A stretch of DNA of 64,000 nt. It comes from Desulfobacula sp. GTDB taxonomy: Bacteria > Desulfobacterota > Desulfobacteria > Desulfobacterales > Desulfobacteraceae. This document shows, piece after piece, positions 1 to 9,560 of the stretch. Both the position numbers and the translations under genes were made by a program. The stretch spans positions 76-64,075 of the forward strand of contig NZ_JAUWQB010000007.1 of the NCBI RefSeq assembly GCF_030611305.1. The letters run 5' to 3'. The first letter of the stretch is position 1, and each line of letters starts with the position of its first letter. The notes under the pieces are model-generated. The model saw only the letters and a program-made list of their open reading frames with translations, did no database searches and was not told the origin of the DNA.

Positions 1-275
1 CAACAAAAAGCCCTGCCTTCTCTGACCTGTCTAATCTACAGCAACATCTATCCCTGCCGGATATTGAACACGCCTTTTCAGGTTTAAATCTGCTGTTTTC
101 CTCATTCATACCAGCCTCTTAGCCACTTACAGCCCTTCATCAATTACAAAATGGTGCCGTATTTTGAACACAAACCATTTCTTTTGATCGGGATGGGGGC
201 GCTTTTCAGGGGAACGTGTGAGAGTTGGTGTGTAACACCCTGATAATACTGCAAGATATATTTTGATTCCGGCTT

Positions 276-291
276 TGGCACGGGCATTGCT
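276..291 (+). promoter_or_regulatory. sigma-54 (RpoN) -24/-12 promoter
   Basis: TGGCAC-gggca-TTGCT at 276-291 fits TGGCAC-N5-TTGCW exactly. It lies about 180 nt upstream of the first secreted-protein gene. Confidence 0.7.
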
Positions 292-455
292 TTACAGAAA
301 GGCAAACAACGGAAGAAAAGAAAGCGGGAGATTAAACCATGAAACATTTAAACAAAGATAAGGAGGTGAAACCGGGAAACGAGGAAACCTGACCAAAAAG
401 CAACAGACGTGATTGAGAGAATTTTAAACCATTTAACACAAAATTTAACATAAAC

Positions 456-1025
456 ATGAAAAGGAGAATGAAAATGAAAAAAAGACTATTAACTTTAATG
501 GCAATCGTAGCAGCCCTGGGCATGGTTTTTATGGCAGGGCCGGTAATGGCGGCAGAAAGTGACACCGCTACGCAGAGTACGAATCTGACCGTTGATGAAA
601 TAGCGGTCATTGATGTGACTGGGGGCGGGAGCGTTCCGGCTCTTAATATTACCGCTCCTGCAACTGGGGGTCTTGCTCCTCAGGATGCTAGCGACGCTAC
701 CACCTATGCTCAGTACACATCAGTCGTTGCCGACTCAGTAACAAGAAGTATAACGGCGCAAATGAGTGTTGCTGCGCCGGCCGGCACCCAATTGACATTG
801 ACCGCTACCCCAGCTAGTGGGATGGGGACTACAGGAGGAGAGAAGATCCTGAATCACACAACGGCAGAAACCATAGTTACGGCTATTGGAAGCTGTGCTA
901 CAGGGACCGGAGCGACTTACGGATCTCTACTCACATACAGTTTAGATGTGACTGATGTCACAGCCCTGGTAGCAGGCGCGAACGCAACGCCAACCATTAC
1001 CTTTACTTTAACAGAAGCGAATTAA
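456..1025 (+). CDS. secreted Thr/Ala/Gly-rich small protein, candidate surface-fibre subunit (paralog 1)
   Basis: Signal peptide KKRLLTLMAIVAALGMVFMAGPVMA. The likely true start is ATG 474, 8 nt after AAGGAG (460-465). The mature part is beta-type low complexity. The C-terminus ITFTLTEAN mirrors VTFTLSD in the next gene. Confidence 0.6.
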   Translation: MKRRMKMKKRLLTLMAIVAALGMVFMAGPVMAAESDTATQSTNLTVDEIAVIDVTGGGSVPALNITAPATGGLAPQDASDATTYAQYTSVVADSVTRSITAQMSVAAPAGTQLTLTATPASGMGTTGGEKILNHTTAETIVTAIGSCATGTGATYGSLLTYSLDVTDVTALVAGANATPTITFTLTEAN

Positions 1026-1168
1026 AATATAAGGCATGGCGGGGCGGATGAGTCTTTCCATCCGCTCAGGCTTGTCTTCAAATGCAAAAAACATCTTTAA
1101 GCTTCCCGCCATCTTTTGCCTTGACGATAGAGGGAAGCTTTGTAGCAGAAACAGGAGACATATTGAAA

Positions 1169-1654
1169 ATGAAGAGACTGAAGATTTTTTTTGTGGCTGT
1201 CGCACTGACCCTGGTGTCGGGTGGAGCGGTTTGGGGAGGTGAAATTGCCAGCCATGCGGTAACATTTAATTTTCAGGAAATCAACGAGATTGATATAACA
1301 GGCAGTCCCAGTTTGACAATCAACTCAGCCGTTGCAGGAGAACAGCCTGAAAATGCCATAGACAGTTCATCTATCTGCGCCATAACCACAAACGGAGCCA
1401 ACAAAAGGATTACCGCAAGCATTGACACGGCCATACCGGCATACGTTACGCTCAAGGTAAATGTTGCCGCCCCGTCTGGCAGCGGCACAAGTCAGGGTGA
1501 TGTATCCCTTACCACCTCGGCGTCCGACGTTGTCACAGGCATAAGCCATCTGGCCGACAGCAGCTTAACAATAACTTACAAACTGAGCGCCACTGTGCAG
1601 GCGGGTGTGATTCCCACCGACACAAGGACCGTTACCTTTACCCTTTCAGATTGA
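1169..1654 (+). CDS. secreted small protein, candidate surface-fibre subunit (paralog 2)
   Basis: ATG 1169 follows AGGAG (about 1153-1157) and gives the signal peptide MKRLKIFFVAVALTLVSGGAVWG. The upstream part of ORF 1082.. has no signal peptide. It aligns by eye with the 456..1025 product (EINEIDITG vs DEIAVIDVTG; VTFTLSD vs ITFTLTE). Confidence 0.6.
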   Translation: MKRLKIFFVAVALTLVSGGAVWGGEIASHAVTFNFQEINEIDITGSPSLTINSAVAGEQPENAIDSSSICAITTNGANKRITASIDTAIPAYVTLKVNVAAPSGSGTSQGDVSLTTSASDVVTGISHLADSSLTITYKLSATVQAGVIPTDTRTVTFTLSD

Positions 1655-1686
1655 GCTATCCCTGACACGCTGGAGAAAGGAAAAAA

Positions 1687-2430
1687 ATGAGATTTACAAT
1701 AAAAATTGTGATCATATTTTTTTTGATTCCGCTGTTTTTTGCAGCCCAGACGGCCCACGCCGCCATATCGATCACAGTAACCGGCAACTGGATTGATGAG
1801 ACCATTGATAAGAACGACTTTTACTCTGACGGCAGTAATATTTATGGTGAACCCGGGAAGGCCCCCCGGTCCAACGCCGACTGGATAACATTCAGTCCGC
1901 ATCGCCTTATAATTCCTCCCAAAGGCGTAGCACAAGTCAACTATACTGTGACTGTTCCCAATAATGAGACCTTGGCTGGAACCTACTGGAGCATGATGAT
2001 GATCGAGGGTATTTCTTCTATTTTGCCTGATGCGGTTAGACAAGAAAAAGACAAAATTACAGTCAGGATAAAACAGGTTATGCGCTATGGCGCTCAGATG
2101 ATAACGCAGATCGGCGATACCGGCACCCGCAAACTCAAGTTTGTGAAGACAAAGGTCTTGAAAACGGACGACAAGAGGATTTTACAGATTGATATAGAAA
2201 ACACTGGCCAGAGATGGCTGAGGCCGGATTTATGGGTCGAGCTTTATGATGAAAAAGGAATCTCGGCAGGTAAATTTGAAGGAGGGAAGTTGCGCATCTA
2301 CCCCGGCACCTCTGTCAGATTCAGGATTGACCTGAGCCGGGTGCCCAAAGGCACATACAAGGCCATGGTGGTAGCGGACTGCGGTGGTGAGGATCTGTTC
2401 GGGGCTACATATACCCTTAAGTTCGAATAG
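1687..2430 (+). CDS. periplasmic protein with two beta-sandwich (CARDB/NEW3- or DUF916/DUF3324-like) domains, chaperone-sized
   Basis: RBS GGAGAAAGG lies upstream. Signal peptide MRFTIKIVIIFFLIPLFFAAQTAHA. Two repeats carry the pattern ..PPKGVAQVNYTVTVPNNETLAGTYW.. and ..IYPGTSVRFRIDLSRVPKGTYKAMV.. Confidence 0.5.
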   Translation: MRFTIKIVIIFFLIPLFFAAQTAHAAISITVTGNWIDETIDKNDFYSDGSNIYGEPGKAPRSNADWITFSPHRLIIPPKGVAQVNYTVTVPNNETLAGTYWSMMMIEGISSILPDAVRQEKDKITVRIKQVMRYGAQMITQIGDTGTRKLKFVKTKVLKTDDKRILQIDIENTGQRWLRPDLWVELYDEKGISAGKFEGGKLRIYPGTSVRFRIDLSRVPKGTYKAMVVADCGGEDLFGATYTLKFE

Positions 2431-2439
2431 GTTTCATCA

Positions 2440-5239
2440 TTGAAGAGAAATCTTTTTATCCTGCTGATTATTTCTCATCTCTTATTTATTGCCGGCACGC
2501 TTGAGGCCCGGCAGAGAGGTGTGCAGGCCGGGCTGAGCGGCCAGGAATTATTTGAGACTGAGCCAAAAAACGTTGTAACCACCACGTTTGCTGTAACCAA
2601 TACCTCGGATGAAGAGCTGGAATTTATATCAGATGTAAAACTCCCCGCAGGATGGAAACTTACAATACCTTCATTTCCTTTCCGCCTTGCCCCTAATGCA
2701 ACCGAAATAAGGCTGGTCGGCTTTTTTATTCCCCAGGCAGCCTTAGCCGGCAAATATGAGATAATCTATCGGGTCAGTTCGGTCAAATATCCCTCCATCA
2801 GTGACCTGGCCAGGATTTATGTGGTGGTCAGTTCTGTCACAAAGCTGCAGGCCGAATTCCTGCAAGCCCCGGAAAGCGTTATTGCAGGACAGCCTTACGA
2901 AGCCATCTTTTCAGTGATTAATGCCAGCAATACAGAAAACAGGGGGTCGTTATTAAGGTCGAAAGCGGTCAGGACCTGCCCTATACAGTTGAGCCTGAAG
3001 AGCTTAAACTTGCCCCCGGGGAATCAAAGACCGTCAAAGTGACAGTAAAGACCGATGAAAAGCTCAGAAAGGGTTTCAAGCATCACCTCAGGTTGACGGT
3101 CCAGTCCGTTGAGGATGAAAAAATGAGAGGCCAGGCAAGGTGCGCTGTAAACATTATCCCTAAGATAACGGGAGAGGTGGATCGGTTTCACAGGATTCCG
3201 ATGGAGTTGACCTTCAGGTCAACAGGCCAAAGGAATGAAGAGAAAAAGACCGTGTTTCAGGGTGAATTTTCAGGGAGAGGGAAACTGAGTGAAGAAGGCG
3301 AAGATGAGATTGAGTTCCTGTTTAGGGGGCCTGACATCCTTGAAGATAGTTCAATGTTTGGACAGCGCGACAGGTATTTTGCCGGATACCGGAACAAGGC
3401 TGCCGACGTTTTTCTGGGCGATAATTATTACTCTCTTTCACGCCTCACCGAGCAGAGTCTTGATGGCAGGGGGGGTGAGGCCGGGCTGGTCTCAGGCGGT
3501 TTCGGATTAAGGGGCTATTATATGAAAACAAGGTGGCTTGATCCGGAAAAGAAAGAGACAGCCCTTCATTTTGATTATCTGTTTCGGGACAGGCACAGAA
3601 TTGGTCTCAATCTGTTTAAAAAAAAGTGATCTCGAAGATGCTCAAATTGCAAGCCTGCAAGGGAAACTTGAGCCTTTTGAAAACACGAACATTGAATTTG
3701 AAGCAGCATACGGGAAGGATGACAACAGGCATGACAATGCATACTGGCTCAATCTTTACGGCTCCCCTGAATGGGGGCGGATCTTACCGTTTGGAATACA
3801 TCTATGCAGAACCTGAATTTCCGGGCTATTATCAGGACAAGGAGTATATCTCAGGCAATTTCTTTTTTCCCATAAGAAAGGAGCTCACCCTGAATGCCAC
3901 CATCCGCCAGGAAAAAAACAATCTGGATTTAGACCCCTTGCTTGAATCGGCCGCCTTAAGCAGGTATGGTCAGATAGGCCTGAACTACAGATTTAAGACA
4001 GGAACAACCATTTCTATCGAGTCGCGGTTTCGTACCCGTGAAGACCGTTTGGCTGGGCCTGATTTTGACGACAGAGAACTGACTCACAAGGTCAGGTTAG
4101 GACAAAGCTTCAAAAAGCTATTTTTTAATGTTTCCGCCGAACTGGGGAAGGCAAAAGACAGACTGAAGGATCAGACCTCTGATCTAGGTATTTATGAAGG
4201 CTCATTTTATTTTATGCCTACTCATAATCAGAGCTACGGCAGTTATGTGCGCTACAGCACTTATAAAGACCCCGAAAGCGAAGGCAGGGACACCATAAAT
4301 ACCGGCCTGACCGGCGCTTTCAAGATAGCCAAAAGAGCCAACCTCAGGCTCAAACTTGATAGATATCATATTATAGGAAACGATTCCGGAGATCGGCATA
4401 ACTTTGATCTGGCATTGAATTATCTGTTCCCCAATAAGAGCAGGATTTCTGCTCACGGCCGTCATACCTTATATGGCAGGAATTCTGATCAGGAGGATGA
4501 AACCGCTTTTATTGTTGAGTTTACCGTTCCTTTCGGCCTGCCCGTTGGGAGGAAAAGAAGTATCGGTATGCTTGAGGGGTATGTCCGTGATCAGGAGACC
4601 GGTCAACCTATTAAAAATGCCATCCTCCGCCTGAGCGGCGTTCCCGCAGTAACGGATAGTGATGGCGAATTTACCTTCCCCGCCTTGAAACCAGGGGCCT
4701 TCTACCTGAACATCGATAGCGCAAGCATCGGCCTTGAGCGGATTCCTGTGCAAAGAACCCCTCTTAAAGTGGATATTGAGGGCGGGAAAGAGACCTCAAT
4801 TGAAATAGGAATAACAAAAAGCGCTGACCTTACCGGCAAGGTCATGGTCTATGAGTTTGCAGAAGAAGATGGGCTGCAAAAGGGATTCAGTATAAGTAAA
4901 GGGGAAAAGAAGGCAACCGGGGAAGAGGGTAAAGGCAAAATGGTTGAAGCTTGCGGTCTGGCGAATGTTCTTTTGGAGTTTAAGAGTAAATTGGAGATAT
5001 GGCGCGTCCTTACAGACAGGAAGGGACGTTTCAGATTTGACGACGTACGGCCCGGGCAATGGACGCTCACCGTGCGTGCCGACAATCTGCCTGAATATCA
5101 CTATCTTGAAAAAGATATCTTTGAGATCGAACTGGCGCCTGGTGAGAAAAAGGAGATGCTAATAAGGGTTTTGCCGAGGAAGCGTACTATCCAGATTATT
5201 GAGCAAGGTGAGATTTTAATTGAGGAAGAGGGGAAGTAG
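2440..5239 (+). pseudogene. large outer-membrane-type protein (2 NEW3/CARDB-like domains + beta-barrel-like region + carboxypeptidase-regulatory-like repeats) interrupted by three frameshifts
   Basis: TTG start with signal peptide MKRNLFILLIISHLLFIAGTLEA. The coding signal changes frame at three homopolymers. At G5 2942-2946 the join reads VINASNTEN | GVVIKVESGQDLPYTVEPEELKLAPGESKTVKVTVK. At A8 3618-3625 it reads IGLNLFKK | SDLEDAQIASLQGKLEPF. At G5 3773-3777 it reads NLYGSPEW | GGSYRLEYIYAEPEF. The barrel-like part ends FIVEFTVPF, followed by GYVRDQETGQPIKNAILRLSG..TDSDGEFTFPALKPGAFYL repeats. Confidence 0.7.
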
Positions 5240-5319
5240 GCTTGAGTGGAGATGAATCAGGCGGGACGTAGTGCTGTGACGAAAAAGTATATCCGAAAAC
5301 CAGAATTACACTGAATCGG

Positions 5320-5847
5320 ATGCATGTCTATACGGATGAGGAAGGCATGTTTGAATTTCCAGTCCTGGACCCGGGAGATTATCGCCTGAATATGGATATC
5401 TCGCAACTTCCCAGCGGGATTATACCGGCGATAAGTCTTCCGCGTGACATATCTTTGAAGAAAGGCGATAACATCTTTATAGATGTCCCGCTGGAGCAGG
5501 TTGGAACTATTTATGGAGTGGTCTTTGATGACGGCAACAAAAACATGCAGAAAGATGAAGAGGAAGACGGCCTGTCGCCAATCCGCGTAGTTTTATTGAA
5601 AGACGGGAAGGAAATTCAGGAAGCCTTTACTGATCAGAAAGGAAGGTATATATTAACCGACATAAAGCCCGGAGATTATGTTGTAAAGATCGACAGAGAA
5701 TATCTTCCTCATCGTTATATAATGACAACACCGGAGACCATCAAGGTTAACGTAAAATCCAAAGAACAGATTGCGGATATAAACTTTGGCACCTACAAAA
5801 AACCGCGCAAAATCATCAAGACGTTTTTTAAGAAGAAAAAGAAGTAG
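5320..5847 (+). CDS. ORF of carboxypeptidase-regulatory/Cna-B-like beta-sandwich repeats lacking a signal peptide; probably a severed continuation of the preceding gene
   Basis: It starts mid-domain (MHVYTDEEGMFEFPVLDPGDYRL). A second repeat reads YGVVFDD..IRVVLLKDGKEIQEAFTDQKGRYILTDIKPGDYVV. It has a Lys-rich tail. The same domain pattern continues upstream of the ATG in this frame (VYPKTRITLNR), back to a stop at 5269-5271. Confidence 0.4.
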   Translation: MHVYTDEEGMFEFPVLDPGDYRLNMDISQLPSGIIPAISLPRDISLKKGDNIFIDVPLEQVGTIYGVVFDDGNKNMQKDEEEDGLSPIRVVLLKDGKEIQEAFTDQKGRYILTDIKPGDYVVKIDREYLPHRYIMTTPETIKVNVKSKEQIADINFGTYKKPRKIIKTFFKKKKK

Positions 5848-5978
5848 AGGAGAAGCCGGAAAAATCAGCACTGGCAAAAAATATTGCCTTTCGTGTGCCC
5901 GAAAGACCCTTCTTCGTATGCCATACAATAGTTCTAAGAAAAAACAGGAGGTGGGTTTGCGGTAAAAGCTTTAATTAT

Positions 5979-6866
5979 TTAAGCTTTCAAAGTTTTTATT
6001 TTCTCATCTTTTTTTTGCCATAAAGCATTCAGCCAAATACAAAATCGGTCTTTATACTCGGGATCATTAAAATAATCCCCGGTCAGAGAATCCGTTAAGG
6101 GGATGACTTCAAAGTCAATAATGATTCTGTTGACCTGGCCTGAAATATATTGCCAGAACGTGGGGATTTTATCCGGATACACAATAGTGACATCAATGAT
6201 TTTATTAAGATAGTCACCCATGGAACTTAAGACAAAGGCGATTCCACCTGCTTTCGGGATCAGAAGATGATTGAAATGATTGTTTTGGGACTTGTTTTTA
6301 TGCTGTGTGAACCTTGTCCCCTCGACAAAATTCATGATGGAGACCGGGGTATGTTTAAATTTTTCACATGCTTTTTTTGTGCTGGCAAGATCTTTATTCT
6401 TTAGATGGGGTTTTTCTTTTAATTGTTTTTTTGAATATCGTTTCATAAAAGGAAAATCCAATGCCCACCAGGCAAGCCCTAAGAACGGAACCCAGATCAA
6501 TTCTTTCTTTAAGAAAAATTTTAACAGGGGAATTTTTTGGTTTAATGTTGTCTGCAAGGCTAAAATATCCACCCAGGATTGATGGTTGGAAATAATCAGA
6601 TACCATTCCTTTTTTTCTAATTTTTCAAGCCCTCTGATATCCCATTCTATTTTGCAAAATAGTTTTGAGTTGAATGAATTAACCCCTATCCAGAGAGTGG
6701 CAATGGATATCAGGATTTTGTCAAGAACAACAACAACAGAGGGAACCGGGATAAGAAACTTGAAAAAAGAGATCAGAATTAATGGAATGGTCAGCAGGAT
6801 GGTATTCAACGTGTATAATAATATCGATAAAACACCTTTGAGTGAGTATGGTAGAAAATATAACAT
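5979..6866 (-). CDS. PlsC/YihG-type lysophospholipid (1-acyl-sn-glycerol-3-phosphate) acyltransferase
   Basis: N-terminal TM segments; HX4D acyltransferase motif NHQSWVDILAL; FVEGTR motif block. Confidence 0.75.
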   Translation of the reverse strand: MLYFLPYSLKGVLSILLYTLNTILLTIPLILISFFKFLIPVPSVVVVLDKILISIATLWIGVNSFNSKLFCKIEWDIRGLEKLEKKEWYLIISNHQSWVDILALQTTLNQKIPLLKFFLKKELIWVPFLGLAWWALDFPFMKRYSKKQLKEKPHLKNKDLASTKKACEKFKHTPVSIMNFVEGTRFTQHKNKSQNNHFNHLLIPKAGGIAFVLSSMGDYLNKIIDVTIVYPDKIPTFWQYISGQVNRIIIDFEVIPLTDSLTGDYFNDPEYKDRFCIWLNALWQKKDEKIKTLKA

Positions 6867-6874
6867 AAAAATAG

Positions 6875-8359
6875 TCAGAGTTTTTTAAAATTCATGATAT
6901 GTTTTTTTATTGTTCTTCTATCCAGTCCTGTCATCTTTGCGACCTTCTCGTAGGTACCGGCATCATCGTACAAAAGCTTGCAATATCCTGATACCAGGGA
7001 AGACATAGAGATATCCCGGTCTGAAATTCCTTGTAAAAGTTCCTGTTTCAGGGAGATGGTTTTCTCCTCATCTTTTTGCTTGCCTTTATAGTCCCGTCTT
7101 AACAAAACACTTCTGACACACTGCTCAAGCTCTCGAACATTTCCTGGCCATTGATAATTCTTTCCAAGCCGGCGGTCAATAATTCTTTTAACTTTCAGGA
7201 TTAATTTTTCAGAATGGGTACCGGCCATTTTTTTTATGGTGAAGTCAAGGAGATCATTTAGTTCAGATGGTTTTTCACTGATCCTGGTTCTAAGAGGCGG
7301 AACTTCAATGATATCGGAACACAGCCTGTAATAAAAATCGTCCCTGAATACCTTACCGCTGAGAATATCTTTTTTGGGGCGGTTGGTGGCGGCAATGACC
7401 CTTCCGTTAAATCTTGATTTTTCATGAGTCCCGACAGGGGAAAAGCTTCTTTCCTGGAGAATTCTTAACAGTTTGATCTGCACATGGTTGGGGATTTCAC
7501 CGATTTCATCGAGAAGAATGGAACCATGGGGGCTGCACCGGTCAAACACACCCTGGTAATCATCCACTGCCCCGGTAAAGGCACCTTTTGTATGGCCGAA
7601 CAGTTCGGATTCGAGCAGAGTTTCAGGATATTGGGAGAGATTCAGTGAAGAAAAGGCCCGGGTGAAGCTCTGGGTAAAACATTGTTTTTTTTCATCAAAG
7701 GGAATATATCCGCTTCTGCCGATGGCTTTGGCGGCTGTCCCTTTTCCTGTGCCGGTTTCACCCAGAAGCAGAGTGGAAAAATCCTCCATCTTGTTCCATA
7801 GAAATTTGTTGTACAGATCAAAATTATAAGTGAAAACATTGTACCATAAATGCTTTTTCAGTTTTTTCATGCACGGGCTGCTGCCCACAAGGGAGTTGGA
7901 AATAAAATAAAAGGCCCGTCTGATTTGATAGGAAAGGGCAAAATAATGGGGGATGGTCTTAGCGGAAAATCCCTTTGTGTGGAGCATGTGCCTGGCTTTT
8001 TCGGCAAAGGGAACCTTGACCGGTGTGTCTTCGGCCTTGATTTGATCCTTTATCAGCTGATCAAAATCATCCTTGAATTTGTAAAAGAGATCAAACAGGA
8101 ACACAATCGTAATGATTTCTTTATCCTGGTCGTGAAACGCATTGATATTGGCACGGCCCTGGCTTTCAAGTTTTTTTATCCGGTGATCCACTTCCTTAAT
8201 ACATTGATCAATGCTTTCCCGCCTGGAAGCTGAAGGGAAAATGCCTGCAATTTTAAGATCAAGCTTTTCTCTTAAATCGCTGAACGGATTTGCAAAAGCG
8301 GCATTATAAACCGTTCTGAAAAAGTGACGTTCTTCGGAATTAAGCATTGCTTTTTTCAA
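6875..8359 (-). CDS. sigma-54-dependent transcriptional activator (bEBP) without receiver domain
   Basis: Walker A GETGTGKG, ESELFGHTKGAFTGA (GAFTGA motif) and a C-terminal HTH. The roughly 190-aa N-terminal domain has no motif I recognise. Confidence 0.85.
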   Translation of the reverse strand: MKKAMLNSEERHFFRTVYNAAFANPFSDLREKLDLKIAGIFPSASRRESIDQCIKEVDHRIKKLESQGRANINAFHDQDKEIITIVFLFDLFYKFKDDFDQLIKDQIKAEDTPVKVPFAEKARHMLHTKGFSAKTIPHYFALSYQIRRAFYFISNSLVGSSPCMKKLKKHLWYNVFTYNFDLYNKFLWNKMEDFSTLLLGETGTGKGTAAKAIGRSGYIPFDEKKQCFTQSFTRAFSSLNLSQYPETLLESELFGHTKGAFTGAVDDYQGVFDRCSPHGSILLDEIGEIPNHVQIKLLRILQERSFSPVGTHEKSRFNGRVIAATNRPKKDILSGKVFRDDFYYRLCSDIIEVPPLRTRISEKPSELNDLLDFTIKKMAGTHSEKLILKVKRIIDRRLGKNYQWPGNVRELEQCVRSVLLRRDYKGKQKDEEKTISLKQELLQGISDRDISMSSLVSGYCKLLYDDAGTYEKVAKMTGLDRRTIKKHIMNFKKL

Positions 8360-8514
8360 TTCAAGCCTCCATCAGATGATATTATTCGATAATGTGCAAT
8401 TTTGTACACGTCATATACATAAAATGCAAGAAGAAACATGTCGTTTGATAACCAAAAAAGAAAATTAAATTGAAAAATACTATTATTTCGGTTGGTTATA
8501 TCTTTCAAGGGTTT

Positions 8515-8530
8515 TGGCACAATACTTGAA
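8515..8530 (+). promoter_or_regulatory. sigma-54-like promoter (imperfect -12 element)
   Basis: TGGCAC-aatac-TTGAA has a perfect -24 element, but -12 reads GA instead of GC. It lies 94 nt upstream of the megasynthase ATG and is divergent from the bEBP gene. Confidence 0.45.
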
Positions 8531-8561
8531 GTATATAAATAAGTTTAAGTAATTAAGTTAA

Positions 8562-8575
8562 CGTGAATTTTCACG
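8562..8575. promoter_or_regulatory. 14-bp perfect palindrome in megasynthase leader (possible operator)
   Basis: CGTGAA-TT-TTCACG lies between the putative promoter and the start codon. Confidence 0.3.
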
Positions 8576-8623
8576 GCAGCAGTGTGAAAATGAAAAGTAC
8601 AAAACAATTATGGAGAAACACTT

Positions 8624-9560
8624 ATGATTAGAAGAATACTGAATTCAAGACTTCCTTTAATGGTTTATAATCCTGTAAAGGTATTTGATGTAAAGTATTT
8701 TAAAGAAATTTTCAACGCTGGCGCTCTTCCGGTATTTGATACGGAATGTTTAACCCATGAGGATATACTTCAAAACGCCTTGTTGCTTTCCAAAGAAAAA
8801 TTTAGCTTTGGTATCAGGCTTTCAGCCCATGATAGTGAGCTGATCAGGAAAATCAAACACCAGCAGATGATCAATCTTGATCTTTTAATTTCCCCACTTT
8901 CAAAAGATGATGCCCTCGCAGATTTCACAAATTTTGCAGATACAAAAATAGTGATAGAAATCAAAGATATTAATATTAACGATAAAATCAAAGAGGTTTC
9001 ACCCCATGCTTTGATCCTGAAAGGGAATGAAGCAGGCGGAAAGGTTTCAAAATATTCTTCTTTTGTTTTGATGCAATGGTATTTGAAAAACTATGAATTG
9101 CCGATATTCATCCATGGCGGTGTCGGAAAATATACCGCTGCCGGTATGTTTGCAGCAGGGGTATCCGGTCTTGTCATGGACAGTCAGTTTCTCATGACAG
9201 ACGAAGCCCCGGTATCGGATAACTTTAAAAAGCTCTTGGCGATGGTGGATGAGAGTGATTCCACCGAGATCACATATAAGACTCTGGACAGTTACCGGGT
9301 GTTTGCAAAACTTGGTACTAAAATTGTTAAAGACCTGAAACAGCAGGCAATTGAATTTAGTGATGATCCAAATGGCAGACAAAAGATTTATGACTCCATC
9401 GTGGATAATATGACAGCCTTTGACAAAGAGGATACCCAGTTTATCCAGTCTCTTTTTTACCTGGGCCAGGACGGCGTATTTGCAAAGGATTTTGTAAAGG
9501 AGTCAACAAGCCTTCATGAAATTATTTCAAGTTTTTTCAAAACCATTGGCGAGAATTTAA
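8624..9560 (+). other. domain: degenerate FMN/NPD (FabK/PfaD-type enoyl reductase-like) TIM barrel, copy 1 (approximate bounds)
   Basis: ALILKGNEAGGKVS appears where active homologs have EAGGH; GALPVFDTE. Confidence 0.5.

Noticed and set aside
144-610. Minus-strand ORFs 144..347 and 332..610 upstream of the first operon
   Set aside because: They have no RBS and an odd composition. They overlap the sigma-54 promoter and the start of the plus-strand secreted-protein gene, so they are most likely non-coding leader.
2942-3777. Programmed ribosomal frameshifting as an explanation for the three frame changes
   Set aside because: The three shifts are not all in the same direction, there are no slippery heptamers or downstream pseudoknots, and all lie at simple mononucleotide runs. 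Mutation or slipped-strand variation is simpler.
3538-3816. ORF 3538..3816 as an independent 92-aa gene
   Set aside because: Its only protein-like part (SDLEDAQIAS...SPEW) is the middle frame segment of the frameshifted outer-membrane-type gene. The N-terminal part is out-of-frame read-through.
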